Source of the DNA: Caecitellus pseudoparvulus
Lineage: Eukaryota; Protista; Bigyra: Bicosoecida
Reading direction: 5' to 3'
NCBI GenBank assembly: GCA_965644315.1
Contig: CBFFRQ010000043.1
Span: 1-64,000, forward strand
DNA: 64,000 bases
Shown: positions 29,901 through 41,900 of the stretch, piece by piece
Numbering within the stretch: the first letter of the stretch is position 1
Layout: the number at the start of each line of letters is the position of its first letter
Made by a program: the position numbers and the translations under genes
Notes under the pieces: model-generated
Told to the model about the DNA's origin: nothing
Databases searched by the model: none
What the model saw: the letters and a program-made list of their open reading frames with translations, nothing else

Positions 29901-32900
29901 TGCATGCAGACATGCACGGGAGCGGCACAGTCTCATAATTCGTGGACGCCTGCACGCTCCCACCACCTGGGAGATCCCAGAACATGGAATTAGCCCCGTC
30001 TGAGCTAGCAGACACCCAGTATTCGGTTTCGTCTGGTGGCAGCAACCCCTTCACTAAGGATGCGTCCGTTCTGGTGTACACCACAGCCAGCGTCCCGCCA
30101 TCCACAGCACCACAGGCAGCCGCGGCGCCTGCTGAGTTCTGCGTGCTTGTGCCTTCTGCCTTGTAGCAGCGCTTGCTTGGGCTCTGGCTCCAGCCTGCAG
30201 GGCACGCAGACTCTTGCTGTGGCAGGCGGATGCACACCTTCCCTGTCGCTTCCGTGCAGGGGCGAGACTCCAGACCAGTGGGGGAGAATTGAGCACAATC
30301 TGTGGAGCCTGGCGTCATGGGCTGTCCAGGAGCCCAAAGACCTTCCTCCACTGGCTCACCGAAACCCTCCCAAAGCCAGGGCGCCTTTCCAGGGAACGAG
30401 CCACTGCGGTACGCTCCGACCCAGAAGTTGCCAGGCAGCTCGAAGCGCACAAATGGCGTGCCCTCCACGAACTCAAGCATCCCTGCAGAGTTTAGAGGCA
30501 GCAAGTAGCCGTCGCCTGACGAGGCACCACTGTGACAAGCAGATGCGGCATCCTCCCAGGAAAGTGGTGCAGCGTTTACAGACAGGCAGATTCCATTGAC
30601 TGCGTACTCTGACCCCGTGCAGTGCTCCGCGGCACGGACTGCGGCCGGATCCCAGAGACACAGCGCCTGTCGCGTTTCAGAGCAATCCCCGATTCCGTTG
30701 TACATCGTGCCAACCTGAATGTTGTAGCCGCCTTCGTGAACGACAAAGCCGCAAGTGCCCCCGAAGGCACACATGCCCCCACACACAGGTGGCAGCAGCT
30801 CCGGGGCCTCCATGCTGGTCAGCGCACCGTCGGGGTCAATGACGGTCATGACGTTCGTCTGCATGTGCTCGAAGGCGCCAACATATATGGGCGTGTACGA
30901 AGGCGCGACCCGCGCCATGTGACTCATCGAAGGAAGAGAGTGGGGAGGAAACAAGCGCCCTCCCTCGCCACGGCATGCCAGCTCGGATGCTGTCCATGTG
31001 GCGGAGCCTGGAGTGAGCTTGATGCAAGAGCCCCCACCCTCCGGAATCAGTGTCCACCCTGATGGGCATTGCGGGACTTCAATGGGGCGTTCACACATGT
31101 ATGCTTTATGGGTCGTGCAGCCGCCATCCACGAGGCCATCAAGGCTGCGCGCGTACCAAGCACACAGGACATGCGGAGCAGGCTCTTCCCCCTCGGCTGC
31201 AGCAAACACATCAATCGGCATGTCAGGTTGGCCAACCCAGCGCCAGCCGTCCTTTGTAGCCCCTGCTTCATGGCGGTAAAGACCCACGTAGATATCCTCA
31301 GGCTTGCCGGCGTCAGGTGACACGACGCTGCTGAACCAGTCGATGCGGGCTTGGTTGTGCATGGACGCAAGGAAGCCAGAGTGGCTCTCTGCGCAGTTCG
31401 CCGATGCTTCTTCCCAGCTCAAGCTTGCAGCCTCGAAGATCATGCACGATCCATCCACCTCCACTTCATCGGGCTCCACACAAGGCGTATTGACGGTGGG
31501 CAAGGTGTCATCGATGACAGGTTCGTCAGTGCCGCCAGTGCCGTTTCCTGGCACAGGCGTGCACGTGCACTCAAGCTCATCATCACTACTGGAGCCTGTT
31601 GCAGGGCTCAGCACCGCGACATCAGGCGGCCGCATGCATAGGTACGCGAGGGAAGAGCTGCAGTCAAACATGTCAGGCGACCTGTCGTTCCCCAACCACA
31701 GCGAGGGCAGCGTTCCAGAGGACTGAGCCAGCCCACACGTGCCAGGCGTCTCCATCTCGCGCATGCAGTTCCCGAAGCAGCCCGGATCAAATACATCGCG
31801 ACTGGTACCAAGGTAGTGCTCCGTGTCATCTTCCGGGTCCAAGAAGTACATGTCGGCGGTGCCGTCCTGTGACTTGGCCCGCACCCAGTACGGCTGGCCG
31901 AAGGCCATGAGGGAGGTGATGAACTCCGCGTCCACTGCGCTTCGGAACACCGCGAGGGACCCAGCCTCACTTTCACATGCTGCCTCAGCAGAGGCCCAGT
32001 CGGTGGGGACGGCAGACTCTGCTTTGAAGCACTCGCCTCCCGGGCTGAGCGTCCACCCAGAGGGGCACGAAGGCACACGAGTCGTGTCAGCGACACACAC
32101 AAAGGGCCGACTCATGTCGCACGTGGCTGCACGTAACTTGTACGTAACATCATCAAAGTACGCACACGTGTACTGGGCTGCAAAGGTAGGCTCACCGGTG
32201 TCCCACTGGGCGGCCACGAGGGGAGACTCGCGGTGTGGTCCCAGCCACCGCCAGTCAGCAACAGCCGAGAAGGAGTCAGAGCTCAGCACGGCTGCAGACC
32301 ACGGTTGTGATACGTCGATGAAAGGCGATTTCAGCAGGTCCATCATGAAGGGGTCGTCAGCAGACAGGAGTCCGACAGTCGCTCCCGAGCGCGCTGCGCA
32401 GGAAGATGCAGCGCTCCGCATGTCAAGCCCAGCAGCAGACTCAACCCGGATGCAGTAGTCGCCCGCCACAAACTCCCCAACCCCGCACCTCGCCGCTTGG
32501 GCAGAGATGTCTGGGTCAGCTTGACACAGTGCGTCTCGCATGCTCCAGCAATTGCCTGTGCCAGACTGGCGTGAGCCGATGACAACCTCTTCAGACCCAG
32601 CGACCCGCCAGATGTACGCGCACTCGCCAGTGTTCTCACAGCCTCCAATATCATTGCACCAGTCGCCTGCAAAGTATGAGTGCTTTCCCGTCAGGGGCTG
32701 CAGTGACTTGTCGGGCAAGACAGCCTGCAGCTCTCCAGGACTGGAGCCTTCCAACGCCCCTACCCAAGCCAGCATGTCTGCGTGAGCAACGCTGCCCATG
32801 AAAATAACTTCAGGTAGGTTGTCTGGCGTCGCCAGCACACCACCAACATCCACGCAAGCCTGCATGCTATCTGTCCAGGAGAGGTCGGGGTTGTCCAGCA

Positions 32901-35900
32901 GGCGCAAGCACTTCCCTGTCGGCGAAGTCTTGTATCCATGCGGGCACTGCACCTCGGCAATAGGGCGCTCACAGAAGAAGCGCTTTATGGACGTGTCTGT
33001 GTACTCCATGGTCATGAGTTGGCCCGAGGAGAACGACCAGTACGCGACAAACCCGAACGCTGTTTCGCCTTGACCAGGTGCAAAGGCCGGCGATCCGCTC
33101 ACATAATCGCTGCCATCTGTCCACAGCCAGTCCGACAGCGAGGACGTAGAAACATGCCGGTACAGCCCCACGTGGTAGTCTTCGGAAGGGCTCTTTTCTG
33201 CAAGGAAATGTGATTCGCTCTCCAGCGTCCCAATCGATGCCAGGGTGCCATTGTACTCCTCTGCACAGTGCACGAGAGCTTGGCGCCAGTGGAGGGGCGT
33301 AGCAACTTCGGTCCAGCAGCTGTCCCCTACTTGAACTTCTGGACCAGAGCAGGGTCGATCTAGCGTTGGGAAACCGCGCGGACCGCCTCCCTCACCACCA
33401 CCCCCACTGTCGCCAGTGGGCGCAGTGCAATTGCAAGTACAGACACAGCCTTGCCCTCCACCTCCGCCACCTGACTCCTCTGGCTCGGGCTCTGTGGATG
33501 TCCTGTCTGGGTACCGCGCACACACACGCCACATGTCATTGTTCATGCTGTACACACCCTCGTCGGCGGTCACCTGCATGGGTGATCCACCCTGCAGGAG
33601 CCCCCTCGCGCCACCGGGGGAGTACGACTGGCAGTTCCCACACGGCACAGGGAAATAATACTCGTCAGCGATTGGAGTCAGGGTGCTCGCATCGGCAAGG
33701 CTGAGGAACCTCATGCCGGGGTCCGCCTCCCCCGTTCGGATGCCAGCCCAGGCATTGTCACCAAAGCCCAGCAAGGAGTCCAGGGTGCGCTCGTCCATGA
33801 ACGTGTACGGCGCAGCCAAGGCGCCCCCCTCAGCAATACATGCGTCAGCTGAAGCGGCATAGTTCTTCGTGTCAGTGAAGAGTTTGAAGCATGTGAGTGT
33901 AGCTGACATGGTCCAACCAGCAGGGCACGCGACCTCCTCGGCAGCAGTCCGCGAGCACATGGACGGCATCATGACGCCACTGTTGTCGCAGTCAGAAACC
34001 TCCAGCGCCAGCTGGGTCGTAGACCACCTTGCGCATTCCATGCCCGCAACGTGTGGGTTCCCGGGAGCCCATAACCCTGAGTCGACCACTGCTCCGTTCA
34101 TCCACTTCCAAGCAGCGTCAACAAGGTACGAATCGCCGTCATTCGTGAAGGCCCCAAGCCAGACATCGTTGCTGGAGCTGCCCAGGAAGAAGGGGCTCAG
34201 GGCAAAGGAGTACAGACCTGGTATATCCAGCACGGCCAGCGTGGACGGCTGGGGTGCCGTCCCCGAACAGGCCGTCGCCGCATCTACCCACTTGGAAGGG
34301 GCTACTGAGAGGCGCAGACAGGAACCATCGTGCTTGAGCTCTCCCTCTGACGCGTCGCAGGGCTCGTTTTCTGCGACACTGTGAGGGTCCCACTCGCACA
34401 CGTACGACAGTGAGTCACTGCACTGCCCCACAGCTGACCACTCGGACCCAAACTCTACCGGCATCAAGCTGGTGCTTTGGTGCAGCCACATGCACGTTGC
34501 GCCAGTCGAACACATCCCAGTGCAGGGAGCATCATACTCTGAACTCGAAATCGCCTGCAGCGTGCGATCAGGCTGCACCCACGATGGGGCCGCAGCATTC
34601 TCAGCGTCTTGCACTGCTCCCATCCACACGCGCTCGCCGAAAGTGAATAGGGACGCGAGGAAGAATGCCTGTGGCCGAGTTCGCGCATGCGCAAGGCGGC
34701 CACCGTCACTCAGACAAGTGCGATATCCCTCACCCCAAGACGCCAGACTCATAGAAGCTTTCACACAGCTGCCGTCTGGGGACAGGGACCAGCCAGCGGG
34801 ACAAGTCGGCAGCTCGATGGGGCGCTCGCAGACATAGTTTGAGCTGCTGCCGCATGGCGCTGCGCCAACTGCTGCCAGGGCTGTGATGTAGGTAGCACAA
34901 AAAGACTCAGCCACGGTGGACGTCTCCTCGGCCGAATCCATCGCCGCGTACTGCCCGCTGTACTGGCCAGCCCCAATCCACTGCCACAAGGAAGCATCCG
35001 CCGCAACAGTGTGTCGATACAGACCAACATGGGCATCGGTCGCAACAGGCAGCACTGAGTTCACGATGAAGTTCCTCCGCGCCTCAGTGTGCATGGTGGC
35101 GAGCTTTCCGTCCATGCGGGTCGCGCAGTCTGAGCTGGCGACATCCCACGACACCGACATGGACACAAACTCAAAGCAGTGCCCTTCAAACTCCAATTCA
35201 GGCCCAGTGCAGGGTGTCGTAGTCGTTGGCAGGGGCGCTGGAGTGAAGTCTGGCGGGGATTCACTTCCTCCCTCGCCCTCTCCTTCCCCACCTTCCTCTG
35301 GGCACACACACTCCCCACTCGGGTTGATGGACTGCGTAGACGTGGACGGAAGCGTCCCAGTTGATGAAGTCTCCAGCGGAATTGAAGCAGCGCCCAGATG
35401 GCACACGAAGGCGTGGACATCAGAGCAATCGCCTATGCCAGAGTCATGTGACCCCAGTCCTTGCACGGCGCCGCCAGGCGTTGCAAGCCACACACACGAG
35501 CCATCTGCTCCACGTGAGCACGATCCGACACAGCCAGGATCGAACCAGAGGTCATCACCGAGGGCCACATACGTGCCTTCGGGCTGCAGCCACGAAATAT
35601 CGCCCCCTTGCACCTTGGCGCCAACCCACACCTTCGTGGCTGACGGAAGGCCGCCAAGGAGGCCCATCACATCTGGGCGATGGAGTGGAGTGGCTAGGTG
35701 CCCACCTTGTGCCTCACAAGCCGCGCTGGCGTCTGTCCAGGAGAGGGGCAGCGCATTCACCTGTAAGCAGTCCCCGGACGGAGTCACGCTCCAGCCAGCT
35801 GGACAAGGGTGGGCACGTGCAGCTGCACCGCGGCAAATGCCGTGCTCTGGAGTCGTGTCGCAGTCCGTCTGGCGAATCAGACCATCGGAGCCCAGAGACG

Positions 35901-38900
35901 TGCACGCGTCGTCAATCTGGCTGGGCAGCATGGCTGGCTGAGCCGCAAGCCACCATGTGGGGTCCACCTCCACATCCGTGCCGAGCCAGCGCCACTTGTC
36001 ATCCCCTGCAAACTGCTGGTCCCGTGAACCACCGACGTGCACTGCCATCCTCCCGTCCACGAGAGCGCCTAAGCGAGCAGTCTGAGCAAAGTCAAGTTCA
36101 TCTGCGTCAAGAAGGGATGCCAGCCGCCCTCCATCCTCCGCGCAGTCGGCCGCAACAGTGTTCCACACGCCGGGTGTCTCAGTCACCCAGAAGCATGAGC
36201 CTCGAAAGTACACTGCGCCATCAGCACACCTCGCGTCCACGTCCGAATCTTGAACACAGATGCCCGGGCGAATGTCGTTGCACCCACCGATGTAACCTGT
36301 GGAGGTGTCTTCAGTGCCAAGGGAAAGGGTGCCGGAAAATTTTCGAAACCACAGACACGGCGAGCTAGATGGCAGCAAGCAGTTCGTACTGCCATCACAC
36401 GTCCCTTCAAACTCTTCAGGTGACTGCAACGGTTCGGGCTCATTGCCACTCTTCCACCACACGATGGAGGCGAGTGACGCGTCGAATTCCCCGCCCACCC
36501 AGTGCGCGGCACCATCTGCGAAGAAAGCCCCCATCATTTCGGCTTCGTAGGCTCCCAAAACGGGTGCCAGTCGGCCTCCTTGGGAGCGGCACGCATCCCA
36601 GGTGTCAAACCACGAGCCAGGGTCGGTGCTACCATAGCACTCTCCGTTTGGAGCTTGGACAAACCCAGGGCGGCACTGATTCACTGGTGATTCCAAGCGC
36701 CTCTCACAGACAAAGGGGAAGGAGGACGAACAGCTCATTGGGGCTAACTCTCCAGCTGCAGAGACCGAAGCACACCGCCCGCCGGCTGCAGCTGGACTCC
36801 CACCCTGCCATGCTGCATGCCCCGCTTCCACGCTTTCCCCGCTTGGCCAGTACCAGGCGTCCAGCGCATCAACATGGCGGTAGGCACCTACCATCGTCGT
36901 GCCAAACGTGTTCGCGATAAATGTGGCTTCCGAAGAGCTCTCAAGCGCCGCTAAGGAGCTGCCAGGGGACATGGCACACTCCTGGATGGCACCACTCCAC
37001 GTGTTGGATGATGAGCCCATCACGTAGCATGATCCTTCAAAGTACTCTTCTTCCTCAAAGCACAACGAAGCGAGTGGATCGGCGACGGGGATAGGAGTGC
37101 CTTCGTCGCCGGCACAGATATCGAACGTGCCCACTCGTGACGGGATACTGCGGGAAGCGCCGACGCTGCAAGTGGCCGTCATTTCCATCGGGGTGCCACC
37201 AGGGCTCGTGATGACAGCCTCTCCCGAAGCCTCCAGTGCGTCTGCCGCCCAGTTGGGCAGTGCGGGCGCAAAGACATCCATGCCGAGCACCAAGTTGGAC
37301 AACACCGGTGGACTTTGGCGGTTCAACCAAGCAAATCCTGGCGAGATGCTGTCAACTTGAAGTCCGCTCACTGCCTGCAGATCCAGCGCGGGAGGATACG
37401 ATACATGGGCCCGCATTCCGAGTAGACTTGCTGCCGTATTTCCTGTACCAAACCCAAACGCCACGTGTTCGTGCCCAAGCTGACCAGAGTTGTTGATGCC
37501 CATGCACGTCACAGTTCCGTCGTCAAGCACCATGCACGTGACCGACTGAGAAACAAGTGCAGACACTACGCCCACAGGTTGAAGAGATGTGGTGAAGAAA
37601 GCTGCCGAACTGCCCGACGTTGTGGTCCCGTCCATGCTTCCATCATGGACACCGAAGCAAGAAAGGCGGCCGTCCGAGCGGGAGCCACAGGTCGTCCGGA
37701 AGTTTGCACTCAGGTGTGTGAAGTACGCGCCAGCTTCACCGTCATTAGGCGCGCTTCGTGCTGGCTCTGCATCGGGGTGTTCGTGAGCGCCGGGCAGCCC
37801 GATATCCATCGCCTGTCCGTTGTTCACAGCCTTTCCCCAACATTGCACCGTCCCGGCTGCGAGGAGAGCACAGGTATGCTCCAAGGCTGTGACAACCTGC
37901 ACTGCGGGTCCATCCAGCTGCACGTCCCCTGCCACCCCCTGGTGTGGGTGTTCATTATCCCCGACAACGTCTGGTGCACTGAGCGCGTGTCCCAGTACTC
38001 CGAAAGAGTTCTCGCCCCAGCACCGCACGCCGCCGTCTGACAGCCACACACACGTATGATACATGGAGCTAGACACCCCAACGACTTTCCTCGTGTCAGC
38101 ACCTGGCAGCACCTGCACTTGGGTTGGGTTTGTGATGTCCCCTACCGGCTGCACACCGGAAGCCGCATGGCCGTAACCCCACACCCACAAGGACCCATCC
38201 TCCTGCACTGCAAATGATTGCCTGGAAACCGCAACGAATATGCTTCGGCCTGGTAGGTTCAGCGGAGTGTATGACATGGGCAGACGCCCATCTGTCGCTC
38301 CGCCAGGGGACACCCGCATCGCAGGCGAGCCCCCTAGCCCGGCGTGCCCGTCTGCCCCCCCCCAACAGATGACGTCGCCTTGGTCAACGACAGCACACTG
38401 CAGTGGCTCGGCGTTCCCGTTCGATGCATCTTCTGACAAACTGCGCCCCGACGTGCTCAGCATGCGAACGCGCCGGCCAATCTGAATGTGGCCGTACGCA
38501 TGGGGCGGGCGGCCGCTGCCATCGCTGCTGATGCCGCCATGTCCAAGCACGCCAATCGTGTCAATAGGCGCCCATGAGCCCTCATTTTTGCCCCAGCATG
38601 CAACCAAGCCTTCAGAGTCCAGAGCACAGGTGTGGAGTCCGTCCCCGCCCAACGCCACGATGGGTGCCCAAGGCATGTAGCCAGCCATTGCTTGGCCTCC
38701 TGCAACATACAGCTTCCAGGAGTGGCGCGAGCCAAACCAGTTGTCTGCAGCATGCCATTCGGCACGCACAGTGCACTTGGTCGTGTCAACAAGGTCTGAA
38801 GGGTGGCTGGGCAAGGATGCGACGCTGGGGGGGACTGTCACGGCGACCAAGCCTGATGACGACACTGAGGCCGCGCTCGTGCCAACAGGATTCACGTGGC

Positions 38901-41900
38901 CAAGACCCAGCTGGCCCTGACCGTTGTAACCCCAAGCGTAGATGCTGCCCATGTCTGTGACGGCAAAGCAGTGCTTCTCTCCGCACTCGATTGACCGCAC
39001 GACTTCGGACAGTGGGATCTCTGACGATGCAACGTGGGGGATGTTCGTGTGATACTCTCCGCTGGAGCCCTCTTGCCCGCACAGCCCGCGGTCGGGCGCC
39101 CCCGAGTCACAGTGGCCCCAGCACCGCACCTTACCAGACGCAGTCAAGGCACACCTAGCTGCAGCATTGCTTTCGATGGCAATAACCGAGGCACCAGCCG
39201 TCGTGGGTCCATGGTCACGGTCCCAGGCAGCGACGGGGCTACCGAGAGGCGTACCACTTCCAAGGCCCGTCTGGCCCTGAGTGTTGTCGCCCCAGCACCG
39301 AACGAGGCCCGCGGGATTCAGAAGGCAGCCGCCTCCCTCCGCCACCGTGAGGGACACAATGAAGTCCCGCGCTGGAGCAGGCACGTCTAGCGGACTAAAC
39401 ACTGGGCGCTCCAAGATGCCGTCGCCAAGGGTCGTGCCAGCAGGCGCCGTGGGATCCACCCCCAGCGCGCCACCGGTGTTCGCCCCCACACACACAGCAG
39501 TGCCGTCCGTCTTGATGGCACAAAAGCCTGCCAGTCCACCTGCAGTGCCATATCCTGTCAGCCCAATGACTGGGCCGCCAGTGTCGAGGGCCTCCGCCAT
39601 GCATGGTGGCGGAGTCTCCCCACCCCCGTACAAGGACACACCCTCCGTGGTGAGTCCCGCCGCAGCGGGTTCAGGGCCCCAGCACTGGACAGTCGCATCT
39701 TCCAACAAGGCGCACATGGTCTTGCTGTGATGATCTAGCAGCGACACCGCTGGCTTGCTCAGACAAACAAAGGGGGCAGCCGAAAGCGACTCAGACAGCG
39801 GATCGTACGTTGGAGGGGGGCCGTCTGAGGCCGCGAACGGCAGAACGCCGGGGCCCCAGCACTGCACCCTGCCGTCCACGTACAGGACGCACCCACCTCC
39901 TTCCTCGCCGACATTGTCAGATCCGCGCACCGACACAGTGGCTACCTGCCCAAACGTGGGTAGCATGCCACTGCTTGTTGGACCCTCACCTCCGCTGTCC
40001 CCAATTATTTCTGAGCCTGAAAGCGAACTGCCGTATCCCAAGCGTCCTCCTGCGTTGTTTCCCCAGCAGTACAGCTCAGATTCGATGGGGTACAAGAGAC
40101 AAGTGTGGGCTGAAGCTGCAAACAGCCGAGGCAGCGTGTTCAGGCGAGTGTTCGCGTCGTAGCAGAGAGGCATGGGGTCGGGTTGCAGAATCAGCGCAGT
40201 CTGGGAGTTCCAATCACACTCAAGCTCAGGCTGCCCTGCCAGGCTACCGCACACAGCGATGGATGTCAATGTGGCCTGGGCTCCACGGGACAAGAAGGGG
40301 AAGGCATCCGCATCCAAAGCTACGATGCCAGAGCCAGCCACGGTGTCGCCATCAAACTCGCCAGGGTGCATCACTGACGCTACATGCGGTGAACTTCCGA
40401 CATGCCCGTGCGTCTGGTGGGCGGCATTCACCCAGGTGCTGGGGAGCCCGTACTTTGCCGAAGCTGCAGGGACGGCCCACACGTCGGCATCGAACTGCAA
40501 CGGCTGGTGCCCGACGGGGGCAGTGGACAGTGGTGCTGGGAAGGCGATGTCCGCGTGCACTGCGAGATTCGAGGCAAATGGCAGCTCCGAATCGCTGTGG
40601 TGCTTGAACCCCGGTGGTGGCGAGTGCGACGTTGCGCCGTCTGCGCCTTGCCAGGCTCCTTGGATCAGAATCCACGCTTCTGCCTTGTATCGGGCAGAGG
40701 CAGGCCGTGAACCAGGTGGAAGGGCATCTTCCGCTGACCACTCCACCTGCACTTGCAGCGTTCCATGGGCTTGCACGAGGCTGACAGCATGCAGTCGCAC
40801 GATGACGTCGCCCCCTTCGCCTTGACCAATCTGTTTGTCGCCCATAGGCAGCCGAAGCACCTCTCGCTCGGGAACACCATCAGCTAGCTCCCCATCTGAA
40901 GTGGCCAGTGTCACCCACTCTATGCCGGCTTGGTAGGCATGCTTCGCGCCGGTGCCGCTCGCCTCTGGCAACGCTTCGCAGGCATCTTCAGAGAGGCAGA
41001 CGGCCCGCTTGCCCATGTACGTCACTGGGCTGAGAGGACACTGCTCTGTGTGCAGTGCGGGAGTCTGCAAGGGCAGCTCCCACTCCATTTCAGGCTTGAA
41101 GCCGACCTGGACCCAGCCTGGGAAGCCGCGCAGGCCAGAAGTGTCCACCTCAGGGTCGATGAGGAACCCATGCCACGGCCCCAGAGCCCCGCCTGACCCC
41201 AGCGACAGGAAGTCGTCGCCATCTGCGACGCCAGACAGCAGCTGCACTGGTGGCTTCACATCCAAGATGGGCCCAAACGTTCCGCTGGGCAGGGGGGGTT
41301 CCATGGTGGCAAGGTCTGGGCCTGGAGGCATGCCCCGCCCGTGCTCTGCTACCATGCCCACCCCACGGCAAGACACGATGCCATCGCTGAACGCCAAGCA
41401 CGTGCTGGACTGCCCGATGTGTACGTCAGTGATGCGGCGCGGTGCAGCAGAGTAAGGAGCCGTGCCTGAGGCACTCAGGAACGCGTGCTGTGCGTAGCGG
41501 GCAGGGTTTCGGCGCCACAAGCGGCCGCCAATTGTGCTGCCCCAGCACATCATGCGGTCCCCGTCGCCCAGGACGGCGCAAAAGACTCCATTGGGACCGC
41601 CGTACAAAGCGATGGTGCTGCCTGCCAGAGGCACGACTGGGCCCGGGCTGCCCGCGCTGGGCAGCGTGCCCAGCAGGTCCCCGCTTCCCCAACAGTGCAC
41701 GTCCCCACCCGCAGTCAGGGCGCATGCGGCATTCTCAGTCACAGCGACATGTACAGCGGGGTCAGTGGCAGGGGCTGGCAAGCCTGTATCCGCAGACGCG
41801 GCAGCCGTGCCGTCGTATGCCACGTACGTGGAGGGAGGCACGCCAGCCCGCGCAAGTCGGCCCATCTCCTGCCGACCCCAGCAAGACACGTCGCCGCTGT

